Below, one piece after another: positions 33,925-44,502 of a stretch of DNA of 64,000 nucleotides. The DNA is taken from the NCBI GenBank assembly GCA_900554315.1, contig USGP01000002.1:10404-74403 (forward strand). Reading direction: 5' to 3'. The notes below the pieces were generated by a model, which worked only from the letters and a program-made list of their open reading frames with translations, did not search any database and was not told the DNA's origin. Positions within the stretch are counted from its first letter, which is position 1, and every line of letters starts with the position of its first letter. The translations under genes were made by a program, and so were the position numbers. The DNA comes from an uncultured Mycoplasmatota bacterium. Its GTDB lineage: Bacteria > Bacillota_I > Bacilli_A > RF39 > UBA660.

Positions 33925-36900
33925 TAAAGATCAGCTCCTTCCTCAAATTCTTCTTCCTTTTTTAAGTCTTCTTCTAACTCATCATCAAAGTCTTGATCAT
34001 CGTCTACATCTTCATTCTCATCATCAGTTTCTTCATCTTCAGAAGATGTAATAGCAACAGCCGGCGACTTCTCAACTTCAGAGATATCTAATTTAGTATC
34101 TTCATGATCCTCTTCTTCTTCAATTTCTTTCAATTCTAATGTTCTACCTTCATCATCAATAATAGAAACATCTAATCCTAAAGCTTGGAATTCTTTCATC
34201 AATACTCTAAATGATTCTGGAACACCCGCTCCTTTAATTTCTTGTCCTTTAATAATAGCTTCATATGTCTTAACACGGCCAACAACATCATCAGACTTAA
34301 TAGTCATCATTTCTTGTAATGTATGAGCTGCACCATAAGCATATAATGCCCAAACTTCCATTTCTCCAAATCTTTGTCCACCAAACTGTGCTTTACCACC
34401 AAGAGGTTGTTGTGTAACTAAAGAATATGGACCAGTAGAACGAGCATGAAGTTTATCATCTACCATGTGGTGTAACTTAATCATGTACATAACACCAACG
34501 GCAATACGATTATCAAATGGTTCACCAGTACGTCCATCATAAAGAACGGTTTTACCATCCTCAGCCATACCAGCTTCCTTCATCATAGCTTGAATATCAT
34601 CAATATGAGCACCGTCAAATACTGGAGTAGCAATATGAACACCTAACTTCTTAGCAGCCATACCCATATGAATTTCAAGAATTTGTCCTAAATTCATACG
34701 AGAAGGAACACCTTGTGGATTTAACATAATATCAACTGGTGTACCATCTGGCATATATGGCATATCTTCTTGAGGTAAGATAAGTGAAATAACACCCTTA
34801 TTACCATGACGTCCAGACATCTTATCTCCAACTTGAATCTTACGTTTTTGAATGATGTAAACACGAATTACTTTGCTAACACCAGCTGGTAATTCATCAT
34901 TATCTTTACGAGAATAAATCTTAATATCATGAACAACACCATCTCCACCATGTGGAACACGAAGTGAAGTATCACGAACTTCTCGAGTTTTCTCTCCGAA
35001 AATTGCATGTAATAATTTTTCTTCTGAAGTAAGTTCTGCCATACCTTTAGGAGTAACTTTACCAACTAAGATATCTCCTTCTTTTACTTCAGTACCTATG
35101 GTAATAATACCATTTTCATCTAAGTTACGACGAGCTTCTTCACTAACATTAGGAATATCTCTAGTAATTTCTTCAGGTCCTAATTTAGTTTCACGACATT
35201 GCATTTCATAGTCTTCAAGATGTAATGAAGTAAATTTATCATCTTTTACTAAATTTTCATTTAAAATTACTGCATCCTCATAGTTATATCCATTGAATGT
35301 CATGAAAGCAACTGTCATATTTTTACCTAAAGCAAGCTCACCTTTATCTGTAGAATTACCATCAGCTAAGATAGTAACACCAGCCTTAACTTTATCACCA
35401 ACATGTACAATTGGTCTTTGATGTGAACAAATACTAGAGTTAGCAAGTTCAAAGTTAGCTAAACGATAAGTATCTTTACCATTTGCAGTCTTAACAACAA
35501 TTTTTCTTGCATCTACGTATTCAACAACACCATCAGCTTTACAAACAATTTCAACTCCTGAATCTTTAGCTGCAATAAATTCAACACCAGTACCAACATA
35601 TGGAGCCTCAGTCTTAATTAAAGGCATAGCCTGACGTTGCATGTTTGCACCCATCAATGCACGAGTAGCATCATCATGTTCCAAGAATGGAATACAACTT
35701 GTAGTAACAGATACAACCTGTTGTGGACTTACATCAATATAATCAACCTGCTCAGGTTTAGCCAAAATATTATCACCACGGAAACGAGCATTTACCATTT
35801 CATCAGTAATAACATTATCTTCATTTGTACCAACTGTAGATTGAGAAATAATATAATCAAGTTCTTCATCAGCAGTTAAATAAACAACTTCGTCAGTAAT
35901 CTTTTTATCTACAACTTTACGATATGGAGTCATAATAAATCCATACTCATCAATTTTAGCATAACTTGCAAGTGAAGTAATAAGTCCGATATTTGGTCCT
36001 TCAGGAGACTCAATTGGACAAATACGACCATAATGAGAAGCATTAACGTCACGTACTTCAACTCCAGCACGATCTCTTGATAATCCACCAGGTCCTAAAG
36101 CTGATAAACGACGTTTATTAGTAAGTTCTGCAATAGGGTTAGTTTGATCCATAAATTGAGATAATTGAGAACTACCAAAGAATTCTTTCATAGCAGCTGT
36201 AACTGGACGAATATTGATTAATGTCTTTGGAGTAACTTCTTCCATTTCCTGCGTAGTCATACGCTCACGAATTACTCTCTCCATACGAGAAACACCAATT
36301 CTAAATTGATTTTGTAAAAGTTCCCCTACTTGACGAATACGTCTATTTCCCAAATGATCAATTTCATCATAGTTACCTACACCATGTAATAAATTCAAAT
36401 AATAAGAAACAGAAGCATAAACATCTGAAATTGTTAATCTCTTAACATCAATACTTTGATCATTACCAATGACAATAAGTTTTTTCTTTTTATCACTTGG
36501 ATCAACAATCTTAACAATTTGTACTTTATTATAAGTATCTAATTCATCATTAATAGTAACTTCTTGTAAACCGAAACCAGCAGCTAACGCACTCTTTAAA
36601 ATATCTAAATTTGCTTTTGTAATTTGTGTACCTTTTTCAAGAACAACAACACCATCAGCATCACAAACATCCTCAGCTAAAGTTTGATTCAACAAACGAT
36701 CAACCACATTAAGTTTACGATTAAACTTATAACGTCCAACTTTAGCTAAATCATATCTAAATTCATCAAAAAATCTAGTAATAATTTGGTTCTTAGAAGA
36801 ATCTAATGTAGCAGGTTCTCCAGGTCTTAATTTTTCATAAATTTCAATTAAAGCCTCATCTGTATTTTTAGTAGAATCTTTTGCAATAGTATTTTTTAGA

Positions 36901-37547
36901 TAATCATCTTCACCAAACATTGATAAAATTTCATCATCACTAGATAAACCAAACGCACGTAATAAAGTAGTTAAGGTTACTTTTCTTGTACGGTCAATTC
37001 TAACATATAATACATCTCTTGCATCAACTTCAAATTCTAACCATGTTCCACGTGTTGGAATAATCTGTGAAGTAATTAATTCACGACCATTTTTATCCAC
37101 TTCACGATTAAAATACACACTAGGAGAACGAACTAATTGTGAAACAATAACACGTTCTGCTCCATTGATAACAAAAGTTCCACTTTCTGTCATCATAGGC
37201 ATATCACCCATGAAAATCTCTTGTTCTTTTACTTCACCAGTTTCACGGTTTAGTAAACGAACTTCAACACGTAAAGGTGCTGAATATGTTGTTTCTCTAT
37301 CTTTACTTTCCTTAATAGAGTAACGAGGTTCATCAAAATGGTAATCACCAAACTCAAGTGATAAAGTTCCAGAGAAATTTTCTACTGGAAATAAATCTTC
37401 AAATACCTCTTTGATACCTTCATTAATAAATTTTTCATATGATTTCTTTTGGATTTCTAACAAATCTTTTAGTTCATAAGTATTTCTAATACGTGAGAAA
37501 TTTCTTCTTTCTCGATAGTCACCATATTTAACTATTTTGTAAGCCAC
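33924..37547 (-). CDS. rpoB: DNA-directed RNA polymerase subunit beta
   Basis: 1207 aa, GTG start with AGGGGTGA upstream. Canonical beta motifs are present and the C-terminal tail is acidic. The stop overlaps the rpoC ATG (TAATG). Confidence 0.98.
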   Translation of the reverse strand: MAYKIVKYGDYRERRNFSRIRNTYELKDLLEIQKKSYEKFINEGIKEVFEDLFPVENFSGTLSLEFGDYHFDEPRYSIKESKDRETTYSAPLRVEVRLLNRETGEVKEQEIFMGDMPMMTESGTFVINGAERVIVSQLVRSPSVYFNREVDKNGRELITSQIIPTRGTWLEFEVDARDVLYVRIDRTRKVTLTTLLRAFGLSSDDEILSMFGEDDYLKNTIAKDSTKNTDEALIEIYEKLRPGEPATLDSSKNQIITRFFDEFRYDLAKVGRYKFNRKLNVVDRLLNQTLAEDVCDADGVVVLEKGTQITKANLDILKSALAAGFGLQEVTINDELDTYNKVQIVKIVDPSDKKKKLIVIGNDQSIDVKRLTISDVYASVSYYLNLLHGVGNYDEIDHLGNRRIRQVGELLQNQFRIGVSRMERVIRERMTTQEMEEVTPKTLINIRPVTAAMKEFFGSSQLSQFMDQTNPIAELTNKRRLSALGPGGLSRDRAGVEVRDVNASHYGRICPIESPEGPNIGLITSLASYAKIDEYGFIMTPYRKVVDKKITDEVVYLTADEELDYIISQSTVGTNEDNVITDEMVNARFRGDNILAKPEQVDYIDVSPQQVVSVTTSCIPFLEHDDATRALMGANMQRQAMPLIKTEAPYVGTGVEFIAAKDSGVEIVCKADGVVEYVDARKIVVKTANGKDTYRLANFELANSSICSHQRPIVHVGDKVKAGVTILADGNSTDKGELALGKNMTVAFMTFNGYNYEDAVILNENLVKDDKFTSLHLEDYEMQCRETKLGPEEITRDIPNVSEEARRNLDENGIITIGTEVKEGDILVGKVTPKGMAELTSEEKLLHAIFGEKTREVRDTSLRVPHGGDGVVHDIKIYSRKDNDELPAGVSKVIRVYIIQKRKIQVGDKMSGRHGNKGVISLILPQEDMPYMPDGTPVDIMLNPQGVPSRMNLGQILEIHMGMAAKKLGVHIATPVFDGAHIDDIQAMMKEAGMAEDGKTVLYDGRTGEPFDNRIAVGVMYMIKLHHMVDDKLHARSTGPYSLVTQQPLGGKAQFGGQRFGEMEVWALYAYGAAHTLQEMMTIKSDDVVGRVKTYEAIIKGQEIKGAGVPESFRVLMKEFQALGLDVSIIDDEGRTLELKEIEEEEDHEDTKLDISEVEKSPAVAITSSEDEETDDENEDVDDDQDFDDELEEDLKKEEEFEEGADL

Positions 37548-37643
37548 TCAATTCACCCCTAACACAATTTTTTTAAAGAAAATACATACAACAAAAATAT
37601 ATTGCCAATTTATATTAATAGCACAACAAGTGCAATAAGTCAA

Positions 37644-38231
37644 TTATAAATGGCACTGAAGAATGAAAAAGCCTTTCTTTTTTTCTAATACCTTAACATT
37701 ATAGACTTTTTCGAGGTCGACAATTAGCGATTTAGCACCCTGTTCCTTTCGAATAACCAGAAAAAGATTACCGCCATCTTTTAAGTATTCGTGTGCATTC
37801 ATCACAATGTCATAAACAATTTTTTTACCGGCTCTAATCGGAGGATTAGTAATAATTGTTGCATACTTAGATGTAATAGAACTGTAGCAATCACTTTCAA
37901 AACAAGAAACATAATCCGAAACACCATTTAATTTAGCATTTCTTCTAGAAAGATGTAATGCTCTTAAATTAACATCAACCATATCAACCTTAGATGACAA
38001 AACCTTTGCCAAAACGATTCCTAAAACTCCATAACCGCATCCCATATCTAGAATTTTGCCTCCAACCTCTTCAAGCGGGATTGATTCAAGAAGAAGTCTA
38101 CTGCCAAAATCCAAACCGTCTTTTGAAAAAACTCCATTATCAGTTAAAAAAGTAAAATGGTTTCCTAAAACCAAACACTTGGTTTCTTTTATATCACTTG
38201 GTAAATATTCGTTTGTAAAATAATGCCCCAT
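37644..38231 (-). CDS. Class I SAM-dependent methyltransferase, RsmC/YbxB-like
   Basis: ILDMGCGYGVLG (motif I) and ITNPPIRAGK (the NPPxH-like motif). It sits in the same slot between rplL and rpoB as B. subtilis ybxB. Start at ATG 38231 after GAGGGG. Confidence 0.75.
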   Translation of the reverse strand: MGHYFTNEYLPSDIKETKCLVLGNHFTFLTDNGVFSKDGLDFGSRLLLESIPLEEVGGKILDMGCGYGVLGIVLAKVLSSKVDMVDVNLRALHLSRRNAKLNGVSDYVSCFESDCYSSITSKYATIITNPPIRAGKKIVYDIVMNAHEYLKDGGNLFLVIRKEQGAKSLIVDLEKVYNVKVLEKKKGFFILQCHL

Positions 38232-38423
38232 CTTATCCCCTCTAAACAAAAAAGAAGGAGAAAACTCAAAACATTTGATAAGTTTTCTCCCTTTCGTAAA
38301 CATATAATACAGTAAATGTTTTAATTTGTCAAACGTTTTTTAATTTTTTGACGAAATTTTACAAAAATAGTTATTTTTAACATCTATTCACATTAAAATA
38401 AATCAAAAAACGATTTAAAACAT

Positions 38424-38450
38424 AAAAAAAGAAGTTAATTACTTAACTTC
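38424..38450 (-). terminator. Intrinsic terminator after rplL
   Basis: Minus strand reads GAAGTTAA-GTAA-TTAACTTC plus T7. Confidence 0.65.
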
Positions 38451-38807
38451 TACAGTAGCTCCAGCTTCTTCAAGCTTAGCTTTAATTTCATCAGCTTCAG
38501 TAGTAGAAATGTTTTCTTTAACTGCTCCGTTGTTATCAACGATATCTTTAGATTCTTTTAATCCTAAACCAGTAATTTCTTTAACAACTTTGATAACAGC
38601 AACTTTAGCAGCTCCAGCATCAGCGATTGATACAGTAACTGCACTTGGAGTATCATCAGCAGCAGCTCCAGCAGCAGGTGCAGCAACAGCTACAGCAGAT
38701 GGATCAACACCAAATTCTTCTTTCATTGCATCTACTAATTCTTTAATTTCTAATAAATTCATTTCTTTTAAACTACTGATAAATTCTTCTTTAGTTAATT
38801 TAGCCAT
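38439..38807 (-). CDS. rplL: 50S ribosomal protein L7/L12
   Basis: Ala-rich hinge and a C-terminal [21 protein letters not shown]. Confidence 0.96.
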   Translation of the reverse strand: MAKLTKEEFISSLKEMNLLEIKELVDAMKEEFGVDPSAVAVAAPAAGAAADDTPSAVTVSIADAGAAKVAVIKVVKEITGLGLKESKDIVDNNGAVKENISTTEADEIKAKLEEAGATVEVK

Positions 38808-38831
38808 TTTATTTCCTCCTTATATTTATAA

Positions 38832-39326
38832 TTAATTTTCTTCTTTTTGTTGACTATATAAGTCTAAGCAAATTGATAGGTCTCTTGGAATTCCCATCAT
38901 ACCACCAGCAAGCATAGTAAGTAATCCATCTCTTGATGGTATAGTAGCATATTCTGCTAATTTAGCCTGATCAGCTTTTTCTCCATCAACAATCCCTACT
39001 TTTAAAACTAATGCTGGATGATTTTTAGCAAATTCTGACAATACCTTAATTGGTGCGATTTGATCTTCACCATAAGCAAAAGCACTTGGTCCAGTTAATG
39101 ATTCATCTAAATCAATATCTAAATCATGAAATGCACGTGCCATTAAAGTATTTTTATATACTTTATAATCAGAGTTAGATTCTCTTAACTTAACACGTAA
39201 CTCTTTAGCCTCACTATCAGTAATACCACGATAATCAAATAATACGATAGTATTAGCATTTTGAACACGATCTTTAATCTCATCGATTACAGCTTGCTTT
39301 TTCTTTAAGTTAGCTTCACTTGCCAT
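38832..39326 (-). CDS. rplJ: 50S ribosomal protein L10
   Basis: Position upstream of rplL and L10-like sequence. ATG 39326 lies 7 nt after AAGGAGGTG. Confidence 0.93.
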   Translation of the reverse strand: MASEANLKKKQAVIDEIKDRVQNANTIVLFDYRGITDSEAKELRVKLRESNSDYKVYKNTLMARAFHDLDIDLDESLTGPSAFAYGEDQIAPIKVLSEFAKNHPALVLKVGIVDGEKADQAKLAEYATIPSRDGLLTMLAGGMMGIPRDLSICLDLYSQQKEEN

Positions 39327-39329
39327 CAA

Positions 39330-39486
39330 AACACCTCCTTAATTTTTCGGGATGCCATAAAAAAGGTTCTCACGAACATAGACGTGAGAACCTTTCGTAT
39401 ACTTAAGATTAAGTCCTCGGTAGGATTTATGTTATACCTACTGTCTATGGCACCTACAAATTGTCTTTATTATATCCTATAACTTT
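39330..39486 (-). promoter_or_regulatory. rplJ (L10) leader with promoter and attenuator hairpin
   Basis: The minus strand carries a TATAAT box, a GTAGG...CCTAC hairpin, then AAAGGTTCTCACG-loop-CGTGAGAACCTTT plus T6 about 30 nt before the RBS. This matches the attenuation-type L10 leader known in Firmicutes. Confidence 0.6.
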
Positions 39487-40182
39487 CTATTTGTCAAAAT
39501 TATTTTCAACTTTAATTCCAGGACCCATAGTTGAAGCTATAGCGATACTCTTAACATAATCACCTTTTACAGTTGCTGGTTTAACTCTTAAGATAGCAGC
39601 TACAAAAGCATTTAAGTTTTCTAGCAAATCTTCTTCTGAGAATGAAACCTTACCAATAACTCCGTGAATAATTCCGAAACTATCAGCACGATATTCAACA
39701 CGACCAGCTTTAACTTCTTGAACAGCTTTAGCAACATCTAACGTAACAGTACCAGTCTTAGGGTTTGGCATTAAACCTTTAGGGCCTAAAACTCTACCTA
39801 ATTTACCAAGAAGTGGCATCATATCTGGAGTAGCAATCATAGTATCAAAATCGAACCAATTTTCTTTTTCGATTTTTTCTAACATATCAACGTCTCCTAC
39901 ATAATCAGCACCAGCTTCTTTTGCTTGAGCAGCTTTTTCTCCTCTAGCAATAACTAAAACTTTTGTAGTTTTACCAGTTCCTTTTGGAAGAACAATTGCT
40001 CCTCTTAATTGTTGATCAGCTTTTTTAGTATCAATATTTAATCTCATAGCCACTTCAACAGTACCATCAAAAGAACTAGTAGAAGTTTCTTTAACTAACT
40101 TAACAGCCTCTTCTTTAGAATATACTTTGTTACGTTCTAACTTAGACATAGCTTCTGTATATTTTTTACTTCTCTTTTTCAT
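39487..40182 (-). CDS. rplA: 50S ribosomal protein L1
   Basis: Canonical L1 sequence ([22 protein letters not shown]). Confidence 0.96.
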   Translation of the reverse strand: MKKRSKKYTEAMSKLERNKVYSKEEAVKLVKETSTSSFDGTVEVAMRLNIDTKKADQQLRGAIVLPKGTGKTTKVLVIARGEKAAQAKEAGADYVGDVDMLEKIEKENWFDFDTMIATPDMMPLLGKLGRVLGPKGLMPNPKTGTVTLDVAKAVQEVKAGRVEYRADSFGIIHGVIGKVSFSEEDLLENLNAFVAAILRVKPATVKGDYVKSIAIASTMGPGIKVENNFDK

Positions 40183-40249
40183 CTTTTTTCCTCCTTACGT
40201 GGTAATAGCGGTATAAACCTTCCACATAGGTATAACCTACATAGAATAA

Positions 40250-40687
40250 TTACTTATCAGTATAACCAGGGATTGAAATACCCATATTTCTTGCAGTTCC
40301 TGCAACAATCTTCATTGCAGATTCTACATCGTAAGCATTTAAATCTGGTAATTTGATTTCAGCAATTTCTCTTAATTGATCTTCAGTTAAAGTAGCAACT
40401 GTTTCATTAACTCCTTTAACAGATCCTTTATTGATTTTTGCATATTTTTTAAGTAAGAATGGTACAGGTGGAGTTTTAATAACGAAATCAAAACTTCTGT
40501 CATCATAAATTGAAATTTCTACTGGTAAAATATCACCCATTTTATCTCTAGTAGCATCATTATACTTAGTACAAAAATCTTGTAAATTAATTCCTGCAGG
40601 TCCTAATACAGTACCAACTGGTGGAGCTGGAGTAGCTTTTCCTGCTGGAATTTGTAATTTAATCTTCTTTATTGCTTCTTTTGCCAC
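40250..40687 (-). CDS. rplK: 50S ribosomal protein L11
   Basis: KIKLQIPAGKATPAPPVGTVLGPAGIN. GTG start at 40687, 8 nt after GGAGG. Confidence 0.95.
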   Translation of the reverse strand: MAKEAIKKIKLQIPAGKATPAPPVGTVLGPAGINLQDFCTKYNDATRDKMGDILPVEISIYDDRSFDFVIKTPPVPFLLKKYAKINKGSVKGVNETVATLTEDQLREIAEIKLPDLNAYDVESAMKIVAGTARNMGISIPGYTDK

Positions 40688-40837
40688 GAAAAACACCTCC
40701 TATATTTTAGTTTTCGCGAGTGGTCCAAATAGCTTGATTCCCGCTTTCATAAATGCAAACCATGCTTCCCACTAAATCTATATTAATTTAATATAGCCCC
40801 TAAATAATAACATACTATTTATGTTTTTGCAACTATT

Positions 40838-41371
40838 TTATGCTTTTTGAATTTGATTTAACTCAACTTCAACAGAAGTCTCTTGACCAAATAAGTCAAC
40901 CAATAACATAACTTTTTGATTTGGTAAATCTACACTATCGATTTTACCAAACATACCATTAAATGGACCATCAACAATTTTAACAGTTGTACCAACAACT
41001 AAATCTTTATCAACATCCATACGACTTATTCCCATATTACCTAAAATCTTATCAACTTCATATGGTTGTAATGGTGTTGGTTTAGCACCCTTACCACTTG
41101 ATCCAATAAAGCCAGTAACACCAGGAGTATTACGAACTACGTACCAAGCTTCATCAGTCATAACCATTTCAACCAATATATAACCTGGGAACATTTTTTT
41201 AACTTTTTCTTTTTTAACACCGTCTTTAATTTCTACAACTTTCTCTTCTGGAATAACAACTCTAAAAATATAGTCTTGCATATCCATTGATTCAGCACGC
41301 ATTTCCAACTTTTCCTTTACCTTATTCTCATGTCCTGAATAAGTATTAACAACATACCATTGCTTTTCCAT
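40838..41371 (-). CDS. nusG: Transcription termination/antitermination factor NusG
   Basis: WYVVNTYSGHENKVK N-terminal domain and a C-terminal KOW motif. Confidence 0.95.
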   Translation of the reverse strand: MEKQWYVVNTYSGHENKVKEKLEMRAESMDMQDYIFRVVIPEEKVVEIKDGVKKEKVKKMFPGYILVEMVMTDEAWYVVRNTPGVTGFIGSSGKGAKPTPLQPYEVDKILGNMGISRMDVDKDLVVGTTVKIVDGPFNGMFGKIDSVDLPNQKVMLLVDLFGQETSVEVELNQIQKA

Positions 41372-41386
41372 AAACTAAAACTCCTT

Positions 41387-41719
41387 CTATCTAAAAATTG
41401 ATTGAACTAATGCAAAAAGAATATCAATAATATAAAAGAACACTGAACAAAAAACAATAAACAATACAGTTGCGATAGAATATTTAACCATATCCTTCTT
41501 TGTTGGCCAATGAACTCTTTTAGCTTCTGTTTTAACACCATGACAAAAAATACGAAATCTTACCCAAAGGCTCTTTTTTTCTGACGTATTTTTTACAGTA
41601 GACTGTTTACGTTCCTCTTTCTTTTCCTTTTTTTGTTTAGACTTCTTTTCTTCTTTATGAAACTGAGTTTCGTCAATCTTATAATTTTCTATTTCTTTTC
41701 TCTTTCTAACTTCAGCCAT
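41387..41719 (-). CDS. secE: Preprotein translocase subunit SecE with a K/E-rich N-terminal extension
   Basis: The C-terminal 55 aa (VKTEAKRVHWPTKKDMVKYSIATVLFIVF...) are SecE-like. Position upstream of nusG fits. The true start is uncertain. Confidence 0.75.
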   Translation of the reverse strand: MAEVRKRKEIENYKIDETQFHKEEKKSKQKKEKKEERKQSTVKNTSEKKSLWVRFRIFCHGVKTEAKRVHWPTKKDMVKYSIATVLFIVFCSVFFYIIDILFALVQSIFR

Positions 41720-41816
41720 ATTTCACCATTCCTATTTTTTATTCAAAATAAAAACACTTTCCGTGTTCACCATTAAAATAGCATAAACACTAGAAAATGT
41801 CAACAAATAATTAAAA

Positions 41817-42764
41817 TTATGATAAATAAGATAAAAGCAAGATAGATAAACCAAGAATTAAAATTAAAATTGGATAAATCAAAGCTCTAGCAAAAGCTGC
41901 TTCTCTCATAGAAGAATTAGCTCGTCTTGAAATACTTGCATAGATAATTCTATTTTCTTTCTCATTATCTGGGATAAGATCTGCAGCATTATATATGGTT
42001 GGGGAACTTTTAACCAATTGTTTAGAAGGTTGATTGCCAGTTGAAGAAAGCTCTTTTTCTAAATTCATTAATTCTCTTTTCTTTCTCTCTCCAACGTAAG
42101 CACTATAATAGACAGAAGCTCCTCTTTCAATAATTCCCTTGTAGTAAGGAACATCTTCTTCTGGTATAAAAGTAGCAAACTGTTCAAAATTTTCTTTTAA
42201 ATAAGCCATAGCAGAAGTATCAAAGTATTGCAAACAATTAGCATAAATACCAATTTGTAACACAGAAGATAAAAAGATATTATTTCGAACCATTTCCTTT
42301 TGTGCAGGTACTTCTAAAGGAAGAGATGCTAAATCATCAAACTTAACTTGATGTAGAGAATGATTCAACAATTCAATTCGATTCAAAGCAAAAGAACTAA
42401 TATAATATCCTTGGTCATGGATATATTTCATAGCAACATCCATATTAACAAATAATGATTGCAAATCATCCGTATCATAACCTTGAGAAAGCCATTCTTG
42501 TAAAGTAATAGAATCGACCTTTTTATTAGGGAATGGGATGATAGTTGCTTGTTTCAAGTCCTTTAATTTTTGCTTTTTTTCTAAATCATCAGAACTATTA
42601 TTAGAAGGGAATGGGATAACAGTTGCTTGATTAGGATTACTTTGTTGTTTACTAGCTTCAGAAAAATTTTGGTCATCACGGGAAAAAGAAACAACTTTAT
42701 TTTGTTTCTGTTCATAAGGGTTAGCATCAACATACGGAATCCATTCGTCCCAAACATCCTTCAT
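41817..42764 (-). CDS. Tail-anchored membrane protein with a degenerate protein-kinase C-lobe-like core and a duplicated ATxIPFP motif
   Basis: RBS AGGTGA and a C-terminal TM segment (LIYPILILILGLSILLLSYL). MKYIHDQGYYISSFALNRIELL ... VKFDDLASL parallels YLH..HRDLKP.N.LL ... VK..DFG, but the catalytic residues are replaced. Confidence 0.5.
   Translation of the reverse strand: MKDVWDEWIPYVDANPYEQKQNKVVSFSRDDQNFSEASKQQSNPNQATVIPFPSNNSSDDLEKKQKLKDLKQATIIPFPNKKVDSITLQEWLSQGYDTDDLQSLFVNMDVAMKYIHDQGYYISSFALNRIELLNHSLHQVKFDDLASLPLEVPAQKEMVRNNIFLSSVLQIGIYANCLQYFDTSAMAYLKENFEQFATFIPEEDVPYYKGIIERGASVYYSAYVGERKKRELMNLEKELSSTGNQPSKQLVKSSPTIYNAADLIPDNEKENRIIYASISRRANSSMREAAFARALIYPILILILGLSILLLSYLS
42528..42629. 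repeat. Two 24-bp near-identical repeats 78 bp apart inside the 315-aa ORF
   Basis: AGGGAATGGGATGATAGTTGCTTG (42528-42551) versus AGGGAATGGGATAACAGTTGCTTG (42606-42629). They encode QATIIPFP and QATVIPFP. Confidence 0.85.
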
Positions 42765-42808
42765 ATTCTATTCACCTATTTTAATTTTAAAACAAATCAA
42801 AATAATTT

Positions 42809-43405
42809 TCAATTTAAATAATAGGAATATAAAAACTTTTTTAAAAATTTTCTAACTTTTAGCATTCTAGAGTCAACAGTTGACACAGAAATATCCAACA
42901 ACTTAGAAATTTCTTTATAAGAAAAACCATTAAATCGTAATTCAAAAACACAGCGACTTACCAAATCCATTAAATACGTTTTCTGATAAAGATAATAGAT
43001 TATTTCATTTTCATTAGAATGATAAAACGTACCGAAAAATGTAGAATCAGGAACAATACGATATGAATAATCTTCATCCGGCAAAGAACAATTTAAAACT
43101 TGTTGCTTTTTGGTAGAAATAGATCGGCAATAAGTACAAATTTGACGCTCTACACAAAGAGTAGCATAAGTATAAAAAATAGAATTAGAACTTTCTCTAT
43201 AACTAGTAATTGCATTATTAAGACCAATAAATCCTTCCTGAAGTAAATCCTGAAATTCACCACCACAATTAGATACAAATTGAAAATATTTTTTTGCAAT
43301 TGACTTAATTATAGGTAAATATTTTTTATACAAAATATCATAACTACCATCCGTATCTTCACTTATTAAATATAAAGTTTCATAATCATTAGTCTTATAA
43401 TCCAA
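42809..43405 (-). CDS. sigH: RNA polymerase sigma factor, SigH-like
   Basis: DLLQEGFIGLNNAITSYRESSNSIFYTYATLCVERQI aligns with B. subtilis SigH DIVQEGMIGLYKSIRDFKEDKLTSFKAFAELCITRQI. A C-terminal HTH is present. The slot after rlmB is conserved. TTG start. Confidence 0.75.
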   Translation of the reverse strand: MDYKTNDYETLYLISEDTDGSYDILYKKYLPIIKSIAKKYFQFVSNCGGEFQDLLQEGFIGLNNAITSYRESSNSIFYTYATLCVERQICTYCRSISTKKQQVLNCSLPDEDYSYRIVPDSTFFGTFYHSNENEIIYYLYQKTYLMDLVSRCVFELRFNGFSYKEISKLLDISVSTVDSRMLKVRKFLKKFLYSYYLN

Positions 43406-43412
43406 AATAACC

Positions 43413-44111
43413 TCACTTTCTATTTCGGATTACCTCATATATCATAATTCCACTAGCTACAGATGCATTTAAACTATTAGTAGTGCCATACATTGGTATT
43501 TTTGCAATAAAATCACATTTTTTGCTTACTAAATTTGATATTCCAGAACCTTCGTTTCCAATTACTAAAGCAATATTTCCAGAATAGTCAATGCTTCGAT
43601 AATCAACACTATTCTCTAAAGCTGTCCCAACAACCCAAAAGTTATTTTCTTTTAATTGATCAATAGTAGACGCCAAGTTAGAAACTCTAACAATTTTCAT
43701 ACAATCTAAAGTACCTACACTAGTTTTCATAACAGTAGCATTTACCTGTACTTGTCTATCTTTAGGAATGATAATAGCATCTACACCGGCCGCTTCACAA
43801 GTACGAATAATAGCACCAAAGTTATGTGGATCTTCTATATGATCTAATATTACAACAAAGGATGGATTGGAATTTAGTACATCTCCCAATGTATAATATT
43901 GGTAATCACGAACATAAAGAAGTATACCCTGATGAACACCATCTGCCAAATAATCAATTTCTTTTTTTTGACGAAAAGAATAAGGAATTTTACTTTTTTC
44001 TATCATTGTCAATATTTTTTTATCATCAAATCCCTGTTGTAAAATGATTTTTTGAACTTTTTCTGGATTTTTTAACATTTCAACAGCAACATTTCTACCA
44101 TACACTAGCAT
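43413..44111 (-). CDS. rlmB: 23S rRNA (guanosine-2'-O-)-methyltransferase RlmB (SpoU/TrmH family)
   Basis: ILDHIEDPHNFGAIIRT, LVIGNEGSGIS and SLNASVASGI SpoU motifs. Confidence 0.85.
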   Translation of the reverse strand: MLVYGRNVAVEMLKNPEKVQKIILQQGFDDKKILTMIEKSKIPYSFRQKKEIDYLADGVHQGILLYVRDYQYYTLGDVLNSNPSFVVILDHIEDPHNFGAIIRTCEAAGVDAIIIPKDRQVQVNATVMKTSVGTLDCMKIVRVSNLASTIDQLKENNFWVVGTALENSVDYRSIDYSGNIALVIGNEGSGISNLVSKKCDFIAKIPMYGTTNSLNASVASGIMIYEVIRNRK

Positions 44112-44488
44112 AACTTACCCTCCAATATAATACTCATAAGTTCATCGATTCTATTCTTATTATTAGTTAAATCTAAATAACCAATTAAAGCTTCTAATCC
44201 AGTTGCATACTTATAAGTAATAATATCACAACTTTTAGGATGAGATGTAGTCTTGTAATTTCTAGCTCTTCTTACTACATCCATCTCTTCCTCAGTTAAT
44301 AAGTTTTGATCTATAAGTTTTTGTATAAAACACGCCTGACTTTTTGCACTTACATAGGAAACTGCTTTTTTCTGCAACTCATCAACATGAGCAATTCCTT
44401 GTTGAATCAAAAAACGTCTAACATAATTTTCGTAAATAGTATCACCTAAATACGCAAGAACTAAAGAATTAACTTCAATAACTTTCAT
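44105..44488 (-). CDS. mrnC: Mini-ribonuclease 3
   Basis: LAYLGDTIYE and ATGLEALIGYL RNase III-like motifs; lies between cysS and rlmB as in B. subtilis. Confidence 0.85.
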   Translation of the reverse strand: MKVIEVNSLVLAYLGDTIYENYVRRFLIQQGIAHVDELQKKAVSYVSAKSQACFIQKLIDQNLLTEEEMDVVRRARNYKTTSHPKSCDIITYKYATGLEALIGYLDLTNNKNRIDELMSIILEGKLC

Positions 44489-44502
44489 AAAAACACCAAC
44501 TA

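Noticed and set aside
33924-34150. Acidic ~70-aa C-terminal tail of RpoB and the TAATG overlap with rpoC
   Set aside because: Acidic C-terminal extensions of beta also occur in B. subtilis and other Firmicutes. A one-base stop/start overlap is ordinary translational coupling.
38509-38835. 108-aa plus-strand ORF
   Set aside because: This is a shadow frame antisense to rplL. Its Ala/Ser-rich translation mirrors the L7/L12 hinge.
40697-40837. Possible L1-binding leader upstream of rplK
   Set aside because: A GGGAAGC...GCGGGAA segment is present, but I could not fold a convincing 23S-mimic structure by eye. I left it uncalled.
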